Source of the DNA: the human T2T-CHM13v2.0 reference genome, Homo sapiens
Length of the DNA stretch: 64,000 nt
Assembly: GCF_009914755.1 (NCBI RefSeq)
Contig: NC_060936.1
Direction: 5' to 3' (one strand)
Under the pieces are notes generated by a model. That model did not search any database. It saw nothing but the letters and a program-made list of their open reading frames with translations, and had not been told where the DNA came from. How positions within the stretch are numbered: position 1 is the first letter of the stretch; each line of letters opens with the position of its first letter. The position numbers and the translations under genes are program-made. Shown in pieces: positions 45,396-58,262 of this stretch.

Positions 45396-45445
45396 TATAA
45401 AAATTCTTCAAAATATGTACTATAGAAATTCTTCAAAATATGTAC
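45396..45445. repeat. 25-bp tandem duplication in the NUP37 3' UTR
   Basis: tataaaaattcttcaaaatatgtac / tatagaaattcttcaaaatatgtac. Confidence 0.9.
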
Positions 45446-45486
45446 TAAAAATACAAAGTTTGTGAATCTAAGGTACAGAAAACACT

Positions 45487-45600
45487 TTATACTTCAGTCA
45501 CCCAAAACAACAGCTTGTGGTCTCCTCCAATTACACACAGAGGGAGAGTTCGATGCCAGGACAGTCCAGATCCAACGGCTACAGAACCCATGAGGATGGG
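45487..45600 (-). CDS. NUP37: NUP37 last coding exon (PILMGSVAVGSGLSWHRTLPLCVIGGDHKLLFWVTEV*)
   Basis: ttttatag| acceptor; TAA stop at 45489-45487; known C-terminus. Confidence 0.96.
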   Translation of the reverse strand, partial: PILMGSVAVGSGLSWHRTLPLCVIGGDHKLLFWVTEV

Positions 45601-46133
45601 CTATAAAATATGTGAAGAATTAAAGAAGCACAGTAAGTCCCCAAAATTAATAAATAAAAATGACTTTCAAAAATATGAAATGCATTGATGATTTATCTTT
45701 GTAGCATAAACAAAATTTAAAAATATGCTCCCTTACAGGTGAAATACACATTATTGATACGCAGCTGAAACATGGGATACAATCCATCTATGAATAACTG
45801 GTACAGTCCAGACTCCATTTTTGCAGTCTACACCAACCAAACAAGCAAAATTAATGTATTTAAATAAAGAAGAAAATATAAAAGCAACAGAATAAAAAGC
45901 TTCTTATATGAATACTGGCCAAAAAAACCTGTTGTCACTGGTAATGTAAACATCAAAAAAAAACCACACAAAAAACAAAAACAAATGAACCACCTTTTCT
46001 TGCAATTTAAGCAGATAACAAACGTAAATGTCTTCAGTCAACAAATTACAAATTTGGGGCTATGAGTGGAAAAGTCAAAAACACAAATTAAAAAAAAAAA
46101 AAGCACGTATGTTACAAAACATTTCCACATTAC

Positions 46134-46227
46134 CTGAGGGTGTCCTAAATGATGAATTTGAAACTGGCTTGCCATTTTGCCAGGATAACCAGTGGTTGCA
46201 AACAGATTTTCACTAATTGTGGACCAC
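46134..46227 (-). CDS. NUP37: NUP37 penultimate exon (WSTISENLFATTGYPGKMASQFQIHHLGHPQ)
   Basis: tttcttag| acceptor, CAG|gtaatg donor, 94 nt. Confidence 0.96.
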
Positions 46228-46297
46228 CTAAGAAATAAGGAAGCGTAAAATTAAGTATCGTATCCTATGGATAATGACAAGCTTTTCTGAAGCGGGC

Positions 46298-46612
46298 TTT
46301 TTCTTTTTCTTTTTCTTTTTTTTTAAGAGACAGGGTCTTGCTCTGTCACCCAGGCTGGAGTGCAGAAGTGCTAACAAAACTCACTGTAGCCTCAAATTCC
46401 TGGGCTCAAGTGATCTTCCCACCTCAGCCTCCCTAGTAGCTGGGACTACAGGTGTGTACTACGATGCCCAGGTAAGTTTTAATTTTTTGTTTTTTGTAGG
46501 AATGGGGTCTTGCTATCTTGCCCAGGCAGGTCTCAAACTCCTGGCCTCAAGTGATCCTCCTGCCTTGGTCTCCTGAAGTGCTGGGATTATAGGTATGAGC
46601 CATAGCACCTAG
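46298..46612 (-). mobile_element. Alu (AluJ-like)
   Basis: Dimeric Alu in a NUP37 intron. Confidence 0.92.
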
Positions 46613-46839
46613 ACAGAAACAGGTTTCTTTTTGTATAAAACCAGTGATTTTAATAATCCTAAATTTGTTAATATGTCTTTACAATTAGACCGGGAATTCC
46701 AGGAAAATATTCCATAAATATTTTCTCATACTTTAAGTTTTATGAAGTGCTTATTTTGTGTCATTTCATTAAGTTCCAAAGTTACACAAGGTTGATACAA
46801 TCCTTTTTTTCACAACCAAAGGGGTAATAGTGTGGTAGA

Positions 46840-47215
46840 AGAAACAAATAAGGCATCAAATATGACAGCCATTCTGCCCCTTTTCCATGCTAAGTGAAGC
46901 CTAACTTTGTTCAGGGCACAGTGTGTCCTACCCTAGGGGATGAGACATAATTAGTTTAAGGCAGTCATAGCAATCTCCCATAAAAGGAGAGGGTTCCTTC
47001 TTCTCCTCTTACTTTTTTTTTTTTGTTTAATTGTTCGGCAAATGGAGTACTTCTCTTATGCCTGGAACTCTCACAGCCATCTTGTAACTATGAAGCAACA
47101 AGTCCCAATCCTTGACACTGAGAATAGCAGAGGGAAAGGATGAAAAGGGTCTGAGCTCTTGATGACATTGATGAGCTGCTCAACAAGCCCTGAGACTACC
47201 TCCTCTAGACTTATA
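46840..47215 (+). mobile_element. Ancient ERVL/MaLR-type LTR fragment
   Basis: cagccatcttgtaactatga...ttgatgacattgatgagctgct...actacctcctctagactt. Confidence 0.6.
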
Positions 47216-47929
47216 AGTACCATAGCTCATTGATTTTAAAATTGATGGATACTTGCTCATTGGTGTATATTTGTTCACACATCTCTGAAGTCAGGATGTA
47301 TCTTAACGATCCATGGCATTCTTACATTTAGTCGAATGTATTTTATTCTTAATAATGGTATCCCTAAGTTCTACAACTTATTGGAATATAGCATATAATA
47401 AAATTTCACTGGTTTTAGTCTCTTATTTGGTTTTGCTGTTACTTAAAAAGCAGAAATAATGGCTTAAGGACCACACTATACAATGGAGTATTATGAAAAA
47501 GAACAAGGTAGACATGTATGTTAATTTAGGTGAAAAGCAAAAACATGTCGCAGAGATATACTATCTAGCATAGTTTCATTTAACACATAATAATAAAGTT
47601 TATATACATGAACATGGGCTCCCCTACATTTACATCCTTAACAGCACAGAACAATCAGGAAGCATAATATATTCCAAATTGTAGGGGTGGTAGTGGTGGA
47701 GTGGTTACATGTTTTTCTGTGTAAAGAAAATATTTGGAAAACAAATCAACTCCTTGTCTAGACCAAAAGACAAAGGCAATGACTTAGTCGGGAAAGTAAA
47801 ATAACCACTTATAAAACAATAAGGGAAAAAAAAAATCCAGTGCAAAGAAGAGAACTACAAAAGTATCCCAGTGGTGGCACAGCAACGTCAAAAGATCAAA
47901 TCACAGCTCCAACAAAAACGGTACATTAC

Positions 47930-47980
47930 CTGAATAAGCAGGCTCGATCCATGTGAACAGGTCTCTTATTTTGAGGATAA
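47930..47980 (-). CDS. NUP37: NUP37 coding exon (YPQNKRPVHMDRACLF)
   Basis: cttttag| acceptor, CAG|gtaatg donor, 51 nt, frame continuous. Confidence 0.95.
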
Positions 47981-48454
47981 CTAAAAGATAATATTTTGCA
48001 TTTTATGAATTATGTGTTAAACTCAAGTGGGTGAACTTAAGGTTTAAACAGTATTTTCTCTTTATAGGACAGAATGTCCAATGTGTTTAAACTATAATAA
48101 ATCCTAAACAAGCAATCAGTTAAAACAGATGAAATACAATAAAGACATGACTTAGAACCACTGCAGGGAACCATCATGCAACAGGGTCAGTGTTTTTCTT
48201 ATTTTCCAATATAAGTCAACATTGCACAGATCCAAGATTTCCTCTTTTGCACTGTCCTTTCTGGGTTACTCCCAGAGTAAATCTGCATAGCAAGTTTATG
48301 TTATATAAAAATCCATAGCTCTGGCCTTCTATAGGAAAGACTTGCTTTCGCTTGACAGCATAGTCTCAGGTATAACAGGATGGATGAGTGGATCATTTAG
48401 CAACAGTTACTGCCTTTTTTTGGTGTGTAATAGACAAACATATCAAGAAAGTAC

Positions 48455-48636
48455 CTGGACCGAGTAATATCCCAAATTAACCAATCATTTCCTGCAACGG
48501 CTCCAACTTTGAAGGTGTTTTTTAAGCACCAGTGTGCTGACATTAATGGCACTTGTTCTGATTCAAGAGATAAAATAGCCTGTTGGGCCAAAAGATCATA
48601 AAACCGGATTGTTCCATTCTTCTCTGCAACCATTAG
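48455..48636 (-). CDS. NUP37: NUP37 coding exon (LMVAEKNGTIRFYDLL...NDWLIWDITRS)
   Basis: tcttacag| acceptor, CAG|gtactt donor, 182 nt; seen in ORF 48397..48633. Confidence 0.97.
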
Positions 48637-48746
48637 CTGTAAGACAGAAAAATAAAAAGAAACTCAATCACTTATCTCACTAACTATACCTGAAGTGTAA
48701 GCAGAGATTCACTGTTGTACGGTAAAATGTAAACATTTGCAATATA

Positions 48747-49074
48747 CAGGTTCAGCATTCCTCATCTGAAAATCTGCAATGCTCCAAAAACTAAAACTTT
48801 TTGAGTGCTAACATGATACCACAAGTGAAAAATTCCACATATAAGCACTTAACACAAACTTTGTTTCATGCACAAAATTATTAAAAAAAGTTATATAAAA
48901 TTATCATCAGGTCATGTGTATAAGGTATACATGAAACATAAATGAATTTCATGTTTAGACTTGGGTCCCATTCCCAAGGTATCTCATGTATATGCAAATA
49001 TTACAAAATGCAAAAAATTCCAAAATCTGAAACCCTTCTAGTTCCAAGAATGTCAGATAAGGATCCTCAACCTA
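48747..49074. mobile_element. Tigger4-like MITE
   Basis: TIRs caggttcagcattcc / ggatcctcaaccta flanked by TA. Confidence 0.85.
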
Positions 49075-49126
49075 TATTACAAATGGAAGATCAAATGTAA
49101 AGGAAGAGGCTATGTAAAAATCTCTA

Positions 49127-49474
<348 letters not shown>

Positions 49475-49684
49475 GATTTTGAGATTTGGTAGAATTTTAA
49501 GTGATGATGTGCCGTCACTAAGAAGAAGAGATCAATTTAACAATTCCTTCTGGGAAAAGTTACTTTTAAGTTATGTTAGTTATATTGTCTAGAAAGAATA
49601 GCTAAGTATGTATCTCTCAAGAGAGACAGACATTTATGTGTTACACATACTTATGCAACTGAAGTTTGTTTCTAGAATGGAAGG

Positions 49685-49900
49685 CAGGGCAGCATAGTTA
49701 AAGAGCACAGACACGCCGCTTCCTTCACTTATAAGCTGAGTGACTGCCATGTGACTGGCAGCTTTCTCATTTCTAAAATGGAGATGGGAGGATAAGAATG
49801 GCTGCAGGATTGTTGTGATGATTAAATAGTAATGTGGGTAAAGTACCTCAATGTAATGCTTGACAAATAGTAGCCACCCACTCAAAAAATAGTAGCTATT
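49685..49900 (+). mobile_element. MIR
   Basis: tttctcatttctaaaatggagat...gattgttgtgatgattaaat. Confidence 0.65.
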
Positions 49901-50521
49901 ACTTCACTATTTCCTTTACTCTAAGATACCATTGAGTTAAGATGTTTAATACACTGGTAAGTTTTATGTGTGAAATACTTTATCAAACGCACAAATTAAT
50001 TATAATATAAATTCCAATTTTACAAAATAATAAAATGTGAAAAAATTTTTCTTAATCTCAAGGAATCATGGCATTGCTATACCCATCTGTGGGAGATAAG
50101 GTATGAGATTGCTACGAGTATCTAAGTGCATGAGTAGTTGATGCCTGAATAAAATGCTTTTCCACTCTCTACATCTCTGTAAAGTCCTTACTTTTAAGCA
50201 GTGTTCTTTTAATTCTGGTTCTATTAAGTTGAAAAATCCTTGAGGGTGTAAATAGTAGTGGTAGATTGGCAAGAATGTGGGATTTGGCATCAAAACTCCT
50301 GAGCTGTACCATTTAAACCTGTTGAGTGACCTGGAGTTATCTTTCATATCTGTAAAATGGAGGATAATTATATCAGATTCAAAAACTTACTGTATGGCTA
50401 AAATGTGACTGTTCTTTAAGAACGTACTTTTGTACTTTCCTAAACACATAAAACATCATTTATTCTATTATTCATCTAACAGGCTTTTACTGAGCATCTA
50501 TGTTATACACACACACATGGA

Positions 50522-51168
50522 TAGTCAATTTCATTATTCATGGTAGTTTGTTATTATAAAGTTGCTGCAAACACTCAACTAGTGAATACTGAACCACTGG
50601 GGAAATACACAGTTAGGTTCCCTGCCAGCCTTTTTGATGACTGATCAATACGTAGCTTTTGAAAATTGTGCTTCTTTTTAAAGATATCTTACTTAATATA
50701 TACTGATTCATTAATATAGACCTCACCATGAACAGTGCTATAACTCATGCCTAAACAAAGCTTACCTAACACATTTATTTTCTTCATAAGGCACATCACA
50801 GCCTTCTTGCACTTAGAACACTAGCCAGCACTACATTACTGTGCTTGGGGATGATTTTACACAGTAAAATTTTACACAGTAAAATTACCCACAAAAAGTA
50901 CAAAAATGTTAAAAATGTGGCACTAAACTGACGAGGAAAAGACACATATTTACAGTATGAAAGCTAAAATAAGAAGCCAGAGTTCACCTTGTTCAATTTT
51001 AGGTGAGCAAGTGCACATAAGCGGACTCAAACTTTTTGTTGTTCTGTGCTCCCTGCGTATGTCTGTGACTAAAGAAGTGCTATGAGCATTGATTTTGGGG
51101 TTACAAATAAAGTTTAGTGAGGAGGGAAATTCAAAAATACAAAATCTGTGAATAATGAAGATCTACTG
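50522..51168 (+). mobile_element. MER82-like Tigger-family element
   Basis: TIR-like ends tagtcaatttcattattca / tgaataatgaagatctactg; internal match to the recalled MER82 start. Confidence 0.75.
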
Positions 51169-51407
51169 TATACATACATACATACACAAAACACTGTATT
51201 AATTCCAACAGAAGTCAAAGATAAAGGACATAATCCTTGATCTCAAGAAACTTTCTATCTAGAAAAGAGAATTATGAAAAAATCAGACAATAATTTAAGG
51301 CAAAATGCTCTAGAGTACAAAAAGGAATTATTTCAGAATATAGACAATGTTTGTTTGGAATTACAGTATTCTTAATAGAAGAAGTGGAATTTGAAATTAT
51401 TCTTATT

Positions 51408-51580
51408 AGCCAGGCGAGGTGGCAAGCACTTGTAGTCCCAGATACTCAGGAGGCTGAGGCAGGAGGATCACTTGAGCCTGGGAAATAGAAACTGCAGTGA
51501 ATTATGATTGTCCCACTGCATCCAGCCTGGGCCACAGAGTGAGACCCTGCCTCAAAAACAAAACAAACAGAAAACAAAAA
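51408..51580 (+). mobile_element. Alu right monomer (FRAM-like)
   Basis: TSD-like aaattattctt / aaatgattctt. Confidence 0.85.
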
Positions 51581-52109
51581 TGATTCTTTAAGAACAGGCA
51601 AATGTTAAGATAATACTAATGCTACTAACAATAAGTACAATGAGGTCAATGACAAACACAACAAAAACAAGTATAACACTGGGGTAAGAGCTTTACATGT
51701 CTGCTTTATTTAATCCCCTAAACCACTGTATGAGGAAATTACTATCGTTAATCCCATTTTTCAGATGAGATTGAGGCTCAAAGTGATTCACGTAACTTGT
51801 ACAAGGTATCAACCCTAGCCCATGATGGAGCCTGAATTTGAATCCAGGTCTGTTTAACTACAGTGCACACATGTTCCCTGCTACAAGGCTAGGCTGCTGA
51901 AGACTGGTGAGTGGTCTAGTGTGCTATAGTATGCAGTGGGGAAGGATCAGAAAAGGTAAGAGATCGAGGAAAATTCACCAGGACCTAGTAAAAATATTTG
52001 ATATTTTAAGAGTGACTTGAAAGATCTTGAGAATTTCAGGTATAACTTATGGACTACGGAAGGGCTAAGTCTACCTGAGCCTGGTCCGAAGGTAGTAGGG
52101 GCAATGAAC

Positions 52110-52830
52110 AATGAAGCATGGTAAGCAGGTGTGCAGCCTCTATGGCCAGACTGCCTGGATGGGGCCCAGCTCTGCCTTCAGGAGCTGTAAGATCTTGGGC
52201 AAACGGCTTACCTTTCTGTGTTTCGGGTTCTTATCACTAAGAAGGGGCTAATAAGAGTATCTACTTGATAGGACTATTGGGAGAATGGTATGAGTTAGTA
52301 AATATAAAGCACTTAGAACTGTTTTGGCACAAAGCAGGCACTCAAAAAACATTGGCTATTATTATAGGTTAAAGTCAAATTAAAACTCAGTTCTAACAAA
52401 AGATTTTTGTTATTTACTGTCTGTATAACTGTGCTCAATTATGACAAATCTTTTTTTGGGTGATAAGAACAGATAGGGTAGAAAAGTTAAGTAAGTTTGG
52501 GAGTAGCTGAATCTAAAAATGCTACAGGGGGAATTTTTCCTTTAGGAATTTTCAGAAGTATAAACAATACTATGCACTGTGAATTTCCAAGGTGGAAATA
52601 CTTTAAGTGGCACAGAACATTGTCGTATTTGAACCAGATTGAGTTCAAATCTGTCACTGTGTGACCTTGGGCAAAATGCTTGAACTTTTGGTGCTTTGGT
52701 TTTCTCATCTACAAAATACAATACTACTACTGTCTCTGCAGTGTTTTGTGGGGATTAAGTGAGAATACATGTCAAGTACTTAGTACAGTCCCTGGAAAAT
52801 AGAAAGCATTCAACAAATGTTGGCTGTTAA
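52110..52830 (+). mobile_element. Two MIR copies (~52110-52360 and ~52630-52830)
   Basis: MIR cores (tgtgtgaccttgggcaaa...tttctcatctacaaaat). Confidence 0.65.
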
Positions 52831-52848
52831 ACCTATTTCATTTAGCTA

Positions 52849-53146
<298 letters not shown>

Positions 53147-53609
53147 TAACCTCTTTTTTCTTAGGGTCAGAGACTGAGATGTCCTCAGTCCCAATTCTTT
53201 GATCCCGTGACATCCTGAATCCTTGGTCCTGTTATTAGTATGCATTGAAATCCTAGCTCCTATTGAGTCTTATTGGATTTGGGAGCTTAGTTTTTGGAGG
53301 TCTCTTGACTTTTGTATATTTTACTATCTGTTAAATTCTAGCCATTTGTTTTGTGTTTTCCTGATCTTACGGCTTTTTTTATGGTTTATATCTCTTGGGA
53401 TTTTCATAAGAATTCTATGAGATAGGTAATCATGAACTCATATCTTTCTTCTCTAGCTGCCTTATTTTCATCAAGGCCAAGCATAAGAGGCTAACAATTC
53501 TGGGCTTGCAGAGCACTGAAACGACTGTAGAGCACTGTAAATGACTGAAAACGTATGGCAGAGCACTGAAAGCCATTAGGCTTGTTATTGCTGCAATAAT
53601 AGTATCAAC

Positions 53610-53822
53610 GATGACCAGCAGCTAAAATTGACTGAGTGCTTACTATGTGCTTTTTAAAGGATTTTACACGTTAGCACATTTAATCTTATGTATCCATTTT
53701 ATAAGATGAAGTGAAATCAGAGAAAGTTTAAGTAACTTGTCAGAGATCACACAGCTAGTAAGTGGTGAAACTGGGATCTGACTCCAGGCAGTTAATTCAA
53801 GAGTCCACACTCTTAACCACTT
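53610..53822 (-). mobile_element. MIR
   Basis: aagtaacttgtcagagatcacacagctagtaagtgg...actcttaaccac. Confidence 0.7.
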
Positions 53823-55209
53823 CTCTGTATTCTAGGTTTCTGAGTTTAGCAGTGATAGGATGAAACTGATATTCTAAGACTCTTAGTCTAGTAGGCAAGA
53901 AGAATCAAAGAGTAAAGAGCCAAAGACTTTAGAAACAAGCTAAGGCTTGGCAAGTTAGGCATGAGAAAAGAAAGGGGGAGAATGCACCTTAATGAAGAGA
54001 AGAATGCTAGAGTTAGTGAAAATGAAGGAAAAATTAAAAGACCTGGAATAGTTTGTGTATAGGGAAAGAAGAATTAAAGATGATTTTAGGATTCTGAGTT
54101 TATGTGATTTAGAACAGGGACTTTCAAACATTCTGAAGTCATGGAAACATCATAAAAGAAAGGAGATGGGGTAAGGTGGAATTTTAATGATATGTAGGAG
54201 AAAAAACAAATTAAGTTAAAGCATATGGAAGAAAGAGATAAAAAATAACAGCAAGAAATTAAGCATTAAGATGTAAGTTTTGGGATAGAAGTTGTAATAA
54301 ATGTTCTCATTTGTCATGCAGGTCATAGTTTTTAAAAAGCAGTTTATTGTAGTTATATATGGTGATATTAACATTTTGGTAGAAACTGTGTGTTTTAAGT
54401 AGACTCACTGCTCTCAGGGAGAAATGTAGGCATAAAACAAAATTTAGGAACTGGACTCAGAAATAAACCTATCAATTTAATAAGTTAGAACATTTCACTC
54501 ATGCACATATGCAGAGTATAATTCTACTGATGAAAGACTCATTGGGCCTGGAACAAATTTCCATGAAATCCCAGGGTTCAGAGCACACACTTAGATACAG
54601 TCTGGGGATTATCTCCTCTGTGAAAGCTGCGAGAAGATTTGGTTAATCCTTCTTTATGTCATCATTCTACTTAATAGATTTTTTGATTCTAAAACTTATT
54701 TGTGTTGCTGTATTTACATGTTTTTTCTCCCTTATACATCAGTATACTAAGGACTTTATTCATTCTTTTATTCCCTATTACAATAAAGGGTACAGTGTAG
54801 TGACAATTAACCCTTGAAGCAATTCACAAATATATGGTGAAAGAAAAGTTGGCAGAGTATAAAGAAAAAGGGAACATATACGCAAAGTTGCTCAAGAGGA
54901 CTCAGATAATGCGGCTTTAAAAATCAAACTAGCAGTTTCAAGAAGGAGGTGATCAGCAGTGTAAAACACTGGCTGGAGAATAAGAATGAAGGAAAAGGCC
55001 ACGGGATGTGTTGAAAATATCCCTGGTACCTTGTGAGACAGTAGTGGAGACTGACTGAGATTATGGTGTTAGACCAAGGGATGGGAAAAGACGAAATGAA
55101 GTTAAAAGGTACAAGTGATGGATTCAAACATTTAGAAATAAAAGGTGTGATGAAGATAGTTTAAAATTAAAGGGGAGGTGGAAAAAGGGAATTTTTAAGA
55201 GCAAGACCT

Positions 55210-55425
55210 ATGGAGCTGGGAGGCATATGTTCAAATACCTATTCTTCCACTTAGTAGCTGTGTGACCTTGGATAATTTATTTAATTTCTCTGCGCCTTGG
55301 TTTCCTTATCTGTAAAATGGGGATAATCACAGTGCCTATCTCATGTTCCCATGAGGAATAAATAAGCTAACATACATGAAATGCTGACTATAGGCCTGGC
55401 GTATGTAAGCACTACGTGCTTGTTA
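55210..55425 (+). mobile_element. MIR
   Basis: agctgtgtgaccttggat...tttccttatctgtaaaatggggataat. Confidence 0.75.
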
Positions 55426-55497
55426 TGATTAACGAAACTTATCTTCTCATGCAAACTTGAGGACAGAACAGAATCAACAGAGAAAAAGCATGGAGAT

Positions 55498-55857
55498 GGC
55501 CGGTACGGTGGCTCACAACTGTAGTCCCAGCAATATGGGAGGCCGAGGTGGGCAGATCGCTTGAGACAAGGAGTTTGAAACCAGCTTGGGTAACATGGTG
55601 AAACTGTTTCTACAAAAAATACAAAAATTAGCCGAGTGTAGTGGTGCGTGCCTATAGTCCCAGCTACTCGGGAGGCTGAGATGGGAGGATCACCTGAGCC
55701 CGGCATACGAAGGTTGCAGTGAATGATGAATGCTAGAGTTACTGGAAATGAAACTTGGGGCCATGCTTGGTAACTACCAGATTAAAGGTTGGTTAATTGT
55801 GCCATTGCACTCCAGCCTGGGTGACAGCCAGGCTGTGTCTCAAAAAAAAAAAAAAAA
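55498..55857 (+). mobile_element. Alu (AluJ-like) with a ~73-bp non-Alu insertion
   Basis: Insert at 55723-55795; TSD-like aaaaagcatggaga / aaaaagtatgaaga. Confidence 0.92.
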
Positions 55858-56270
55858 GTATGAAGACATTAGAGGACTGTGGGAGCCTAAGGAACTACCA
55901 TGAACTTTAGAGAACAGATGAAGAGTTAACTTTAAGAAAGATGATTGTAGTAACTTCTCAGATTCTAGGGAAACATACAATAACTACAGTGATGACCAAG
56001 AGAAGATACTGGCAAATGAGAGAATTCTTGTTTAATGGCTCCTAACTTTCCAATGAATCAGCATTAAGGGTAGTTGATAATAAGAACTTGTAGTGTATTT
56101 TTAGTATTTTAGAAAGCTCTATCTTGAATAGGAATTGAACACTACTGTAGCTAAGACAAATTTGCCTTATGCGACTAATGTTTTTTGTTCACACAGTAGG
56201 GCTCACAAGCGTGGATGATGTAACTTAAAACAAACAACAAACAAACAAACAAACAAAAAACTGCCTACTG

Positions 56271-56599
56271 GGCCAGGCATGGTGGTTCATGCCTGTAGTC
56301 CCAGCACTTTGTGAGGCTGAGATGAGCGGATCATCTGAGCTCAGGAGTTTGAGAGCACCCTGGGTAACATGGCGAAACCTCAGCCCTACCAAAAATACAA
56401 AAAAATTAGCCAGGTGTGGTGGCATGTGCCTATAGTCCCAGCTACTCAGGAGGCTGAGGTGAGAGGATCACTTGAGCCTGGGAGGCGGAGGCTGCAATGA
56501 GCCAAGATCACACCACTGCACTCCAACCTGGGTGACAGAGTGAGACCCTGTCTAAAAAAAACAAAAACAAAAACAAAAGAAAAACCAAAACAAAAAAAA
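56271..56599 (+). mobile_element. Alu (AluJ-like)
   Basis: ctgcctactg on both flanks. Confidence 0.93.
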
Positions 56600-56898
56600 T
56601 CCCTGCCTACTGCTACTAGATTGTTGGAACACCAGTTTTTACACTGAAATCCACTAAAGGTCAGGAAAAGTGTAGTTTGAATAAATGCCATTTATGGATG
56701 ATGGCTGTCAAATAAAAACCTTAACAATTATAGAGAAACTTCTACAGTACAGGTTTCTAGACTAATCCAAATGCCTTTGTGCTGACTAGTATCTCTGAGA
56801 TGGGAAAAATCATTGATCTTCCTCCTCTATGTATGTGATGTCTTATATCTCTATAAGTCTTTTCAATTTGATAAGAGAGTTAAATTATAAATAATAAC

Positions 56899-56989
56899 CT
56901 TAAAAGTCTCCTCAGGATGCCAGCACACACTCATGCCAGGAGAATGAAGAACAAAATGAGCTGTTTGCACTCCTTCCAAGTTCCAAATC
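56899..56989 (-). CDS. NUP37: Nucleoporin 37, internal coding exon (IWNLEGVQTAHFVLHSPGMSVCWHPEETFK); upstream exons lie right of the window
   Basis: cttttattag| acceptor, AAG|gttatt donor, 91 nt; WD40-like peptide matching NUP37. Confidence 0.95.
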
Positions 56990-57934
56990 CTAATAAAAGA
57001 ATAACAGTATAATGTTAATTGTTCTTGATATATCATTACTAAAAAATTAAATTTCCATGAATTTATTCAAAGCTATTAACTACAGATTATAAGACAGACA
57101 TTTGTACTTAATGTATATCTTTTTAAAGAAAATTATAACACCACTTTTAAGTAATATGAAAGTAGGATGAAGAATTTAAATTTTACCATAATCATGGACA
57201 AAAGAGTCACACACATTTTCCCTCTAATTAATCTATCACAGCAACACTTTTACATGGTAATCAAATTAAATTATTTATATACTCTTTATTTTGTGGGCAA
57301 AATCTTGAGGTTTCTAGGTCACTAATCAGGTTGTCTGACTACTTCAGTAGTCATTTCAACTGACGATAATTACTACTGGGGCGCTTACAAACACACACAC
57401 GCATGCAAGCCGAGTATTTTTATTTTCAAAACAACATACAGAGAAGCTAATATGAAGTTATGTAAATTTAGCAACACGGCCATCTTCCATACTGCTTATT
57501 CCTTCTACCTTTAGGATTCCAACCCAGTGGCTACTTCCTATTTATACCTTTTGTAATTTGGCTTACTTTTCCAGTTTTCTCTCCCCAAGCTGGCCATGGT
57601 TGACGATTAAAGCTGGGTTGAAAGAGGCATTTGGTTCTTCCTGTTCTCACTTTCCTCAATAGTTACAAATCCACAGTAACAAGGACCAGGTTACTCACCA
57701 ACATGGCTCTCCATTTCAATTGCTTTACCATTGCAGAGGGAGAGCAAGACTCAGAAATCTCAGTCATGGCACCATGTCGTGAGAATGCTATCCCTCACCC
57801 ACTGCTCATTCTCCATACTCAGCCACTGTTACATTGCACTGGCACAGAGTATGGCACAGAGTACAGCCGGTGACAGAACTCGGTGGGAGGCTGGCAAAGT
57901 GCACATATAATTCTGATCCTTAAGAACTGAACTT

Positions 57935-58262
57935 GACTGGGTGCCATGGCTCATGCCTGTAATCCCAGCACTTTGGGAGGCTGAGACAGAAGGATTGCTT
58001 GAGCCCAGGAGTTCAAGACCAGCCTGGCAAATACAGTGAAACTTCGTCTCTACAAAACACATAAAAATTGGCCAGGCATAGTGATGCACACTTGTAGCCC
58101 CAGCTATTACTTGGGAGGCTAAAATGGCAGGCTGACGTGGGAGGATTGCTTGAGCACAGGAGGTGGAGGCTACAATGTGCCACGTTTGCACCTCTGCACT
58201 CCAGCCTGGGTGACAGAGACCCTGTCTCAAAACAACAACAACAAAAACCAACAATAAAAAAA
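57935..58262 (+). mobile_element. Alu (AluJ-like)
   Basis: TSD-like aagaactgaa / aaggactgaa. Confidence 0.92.
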
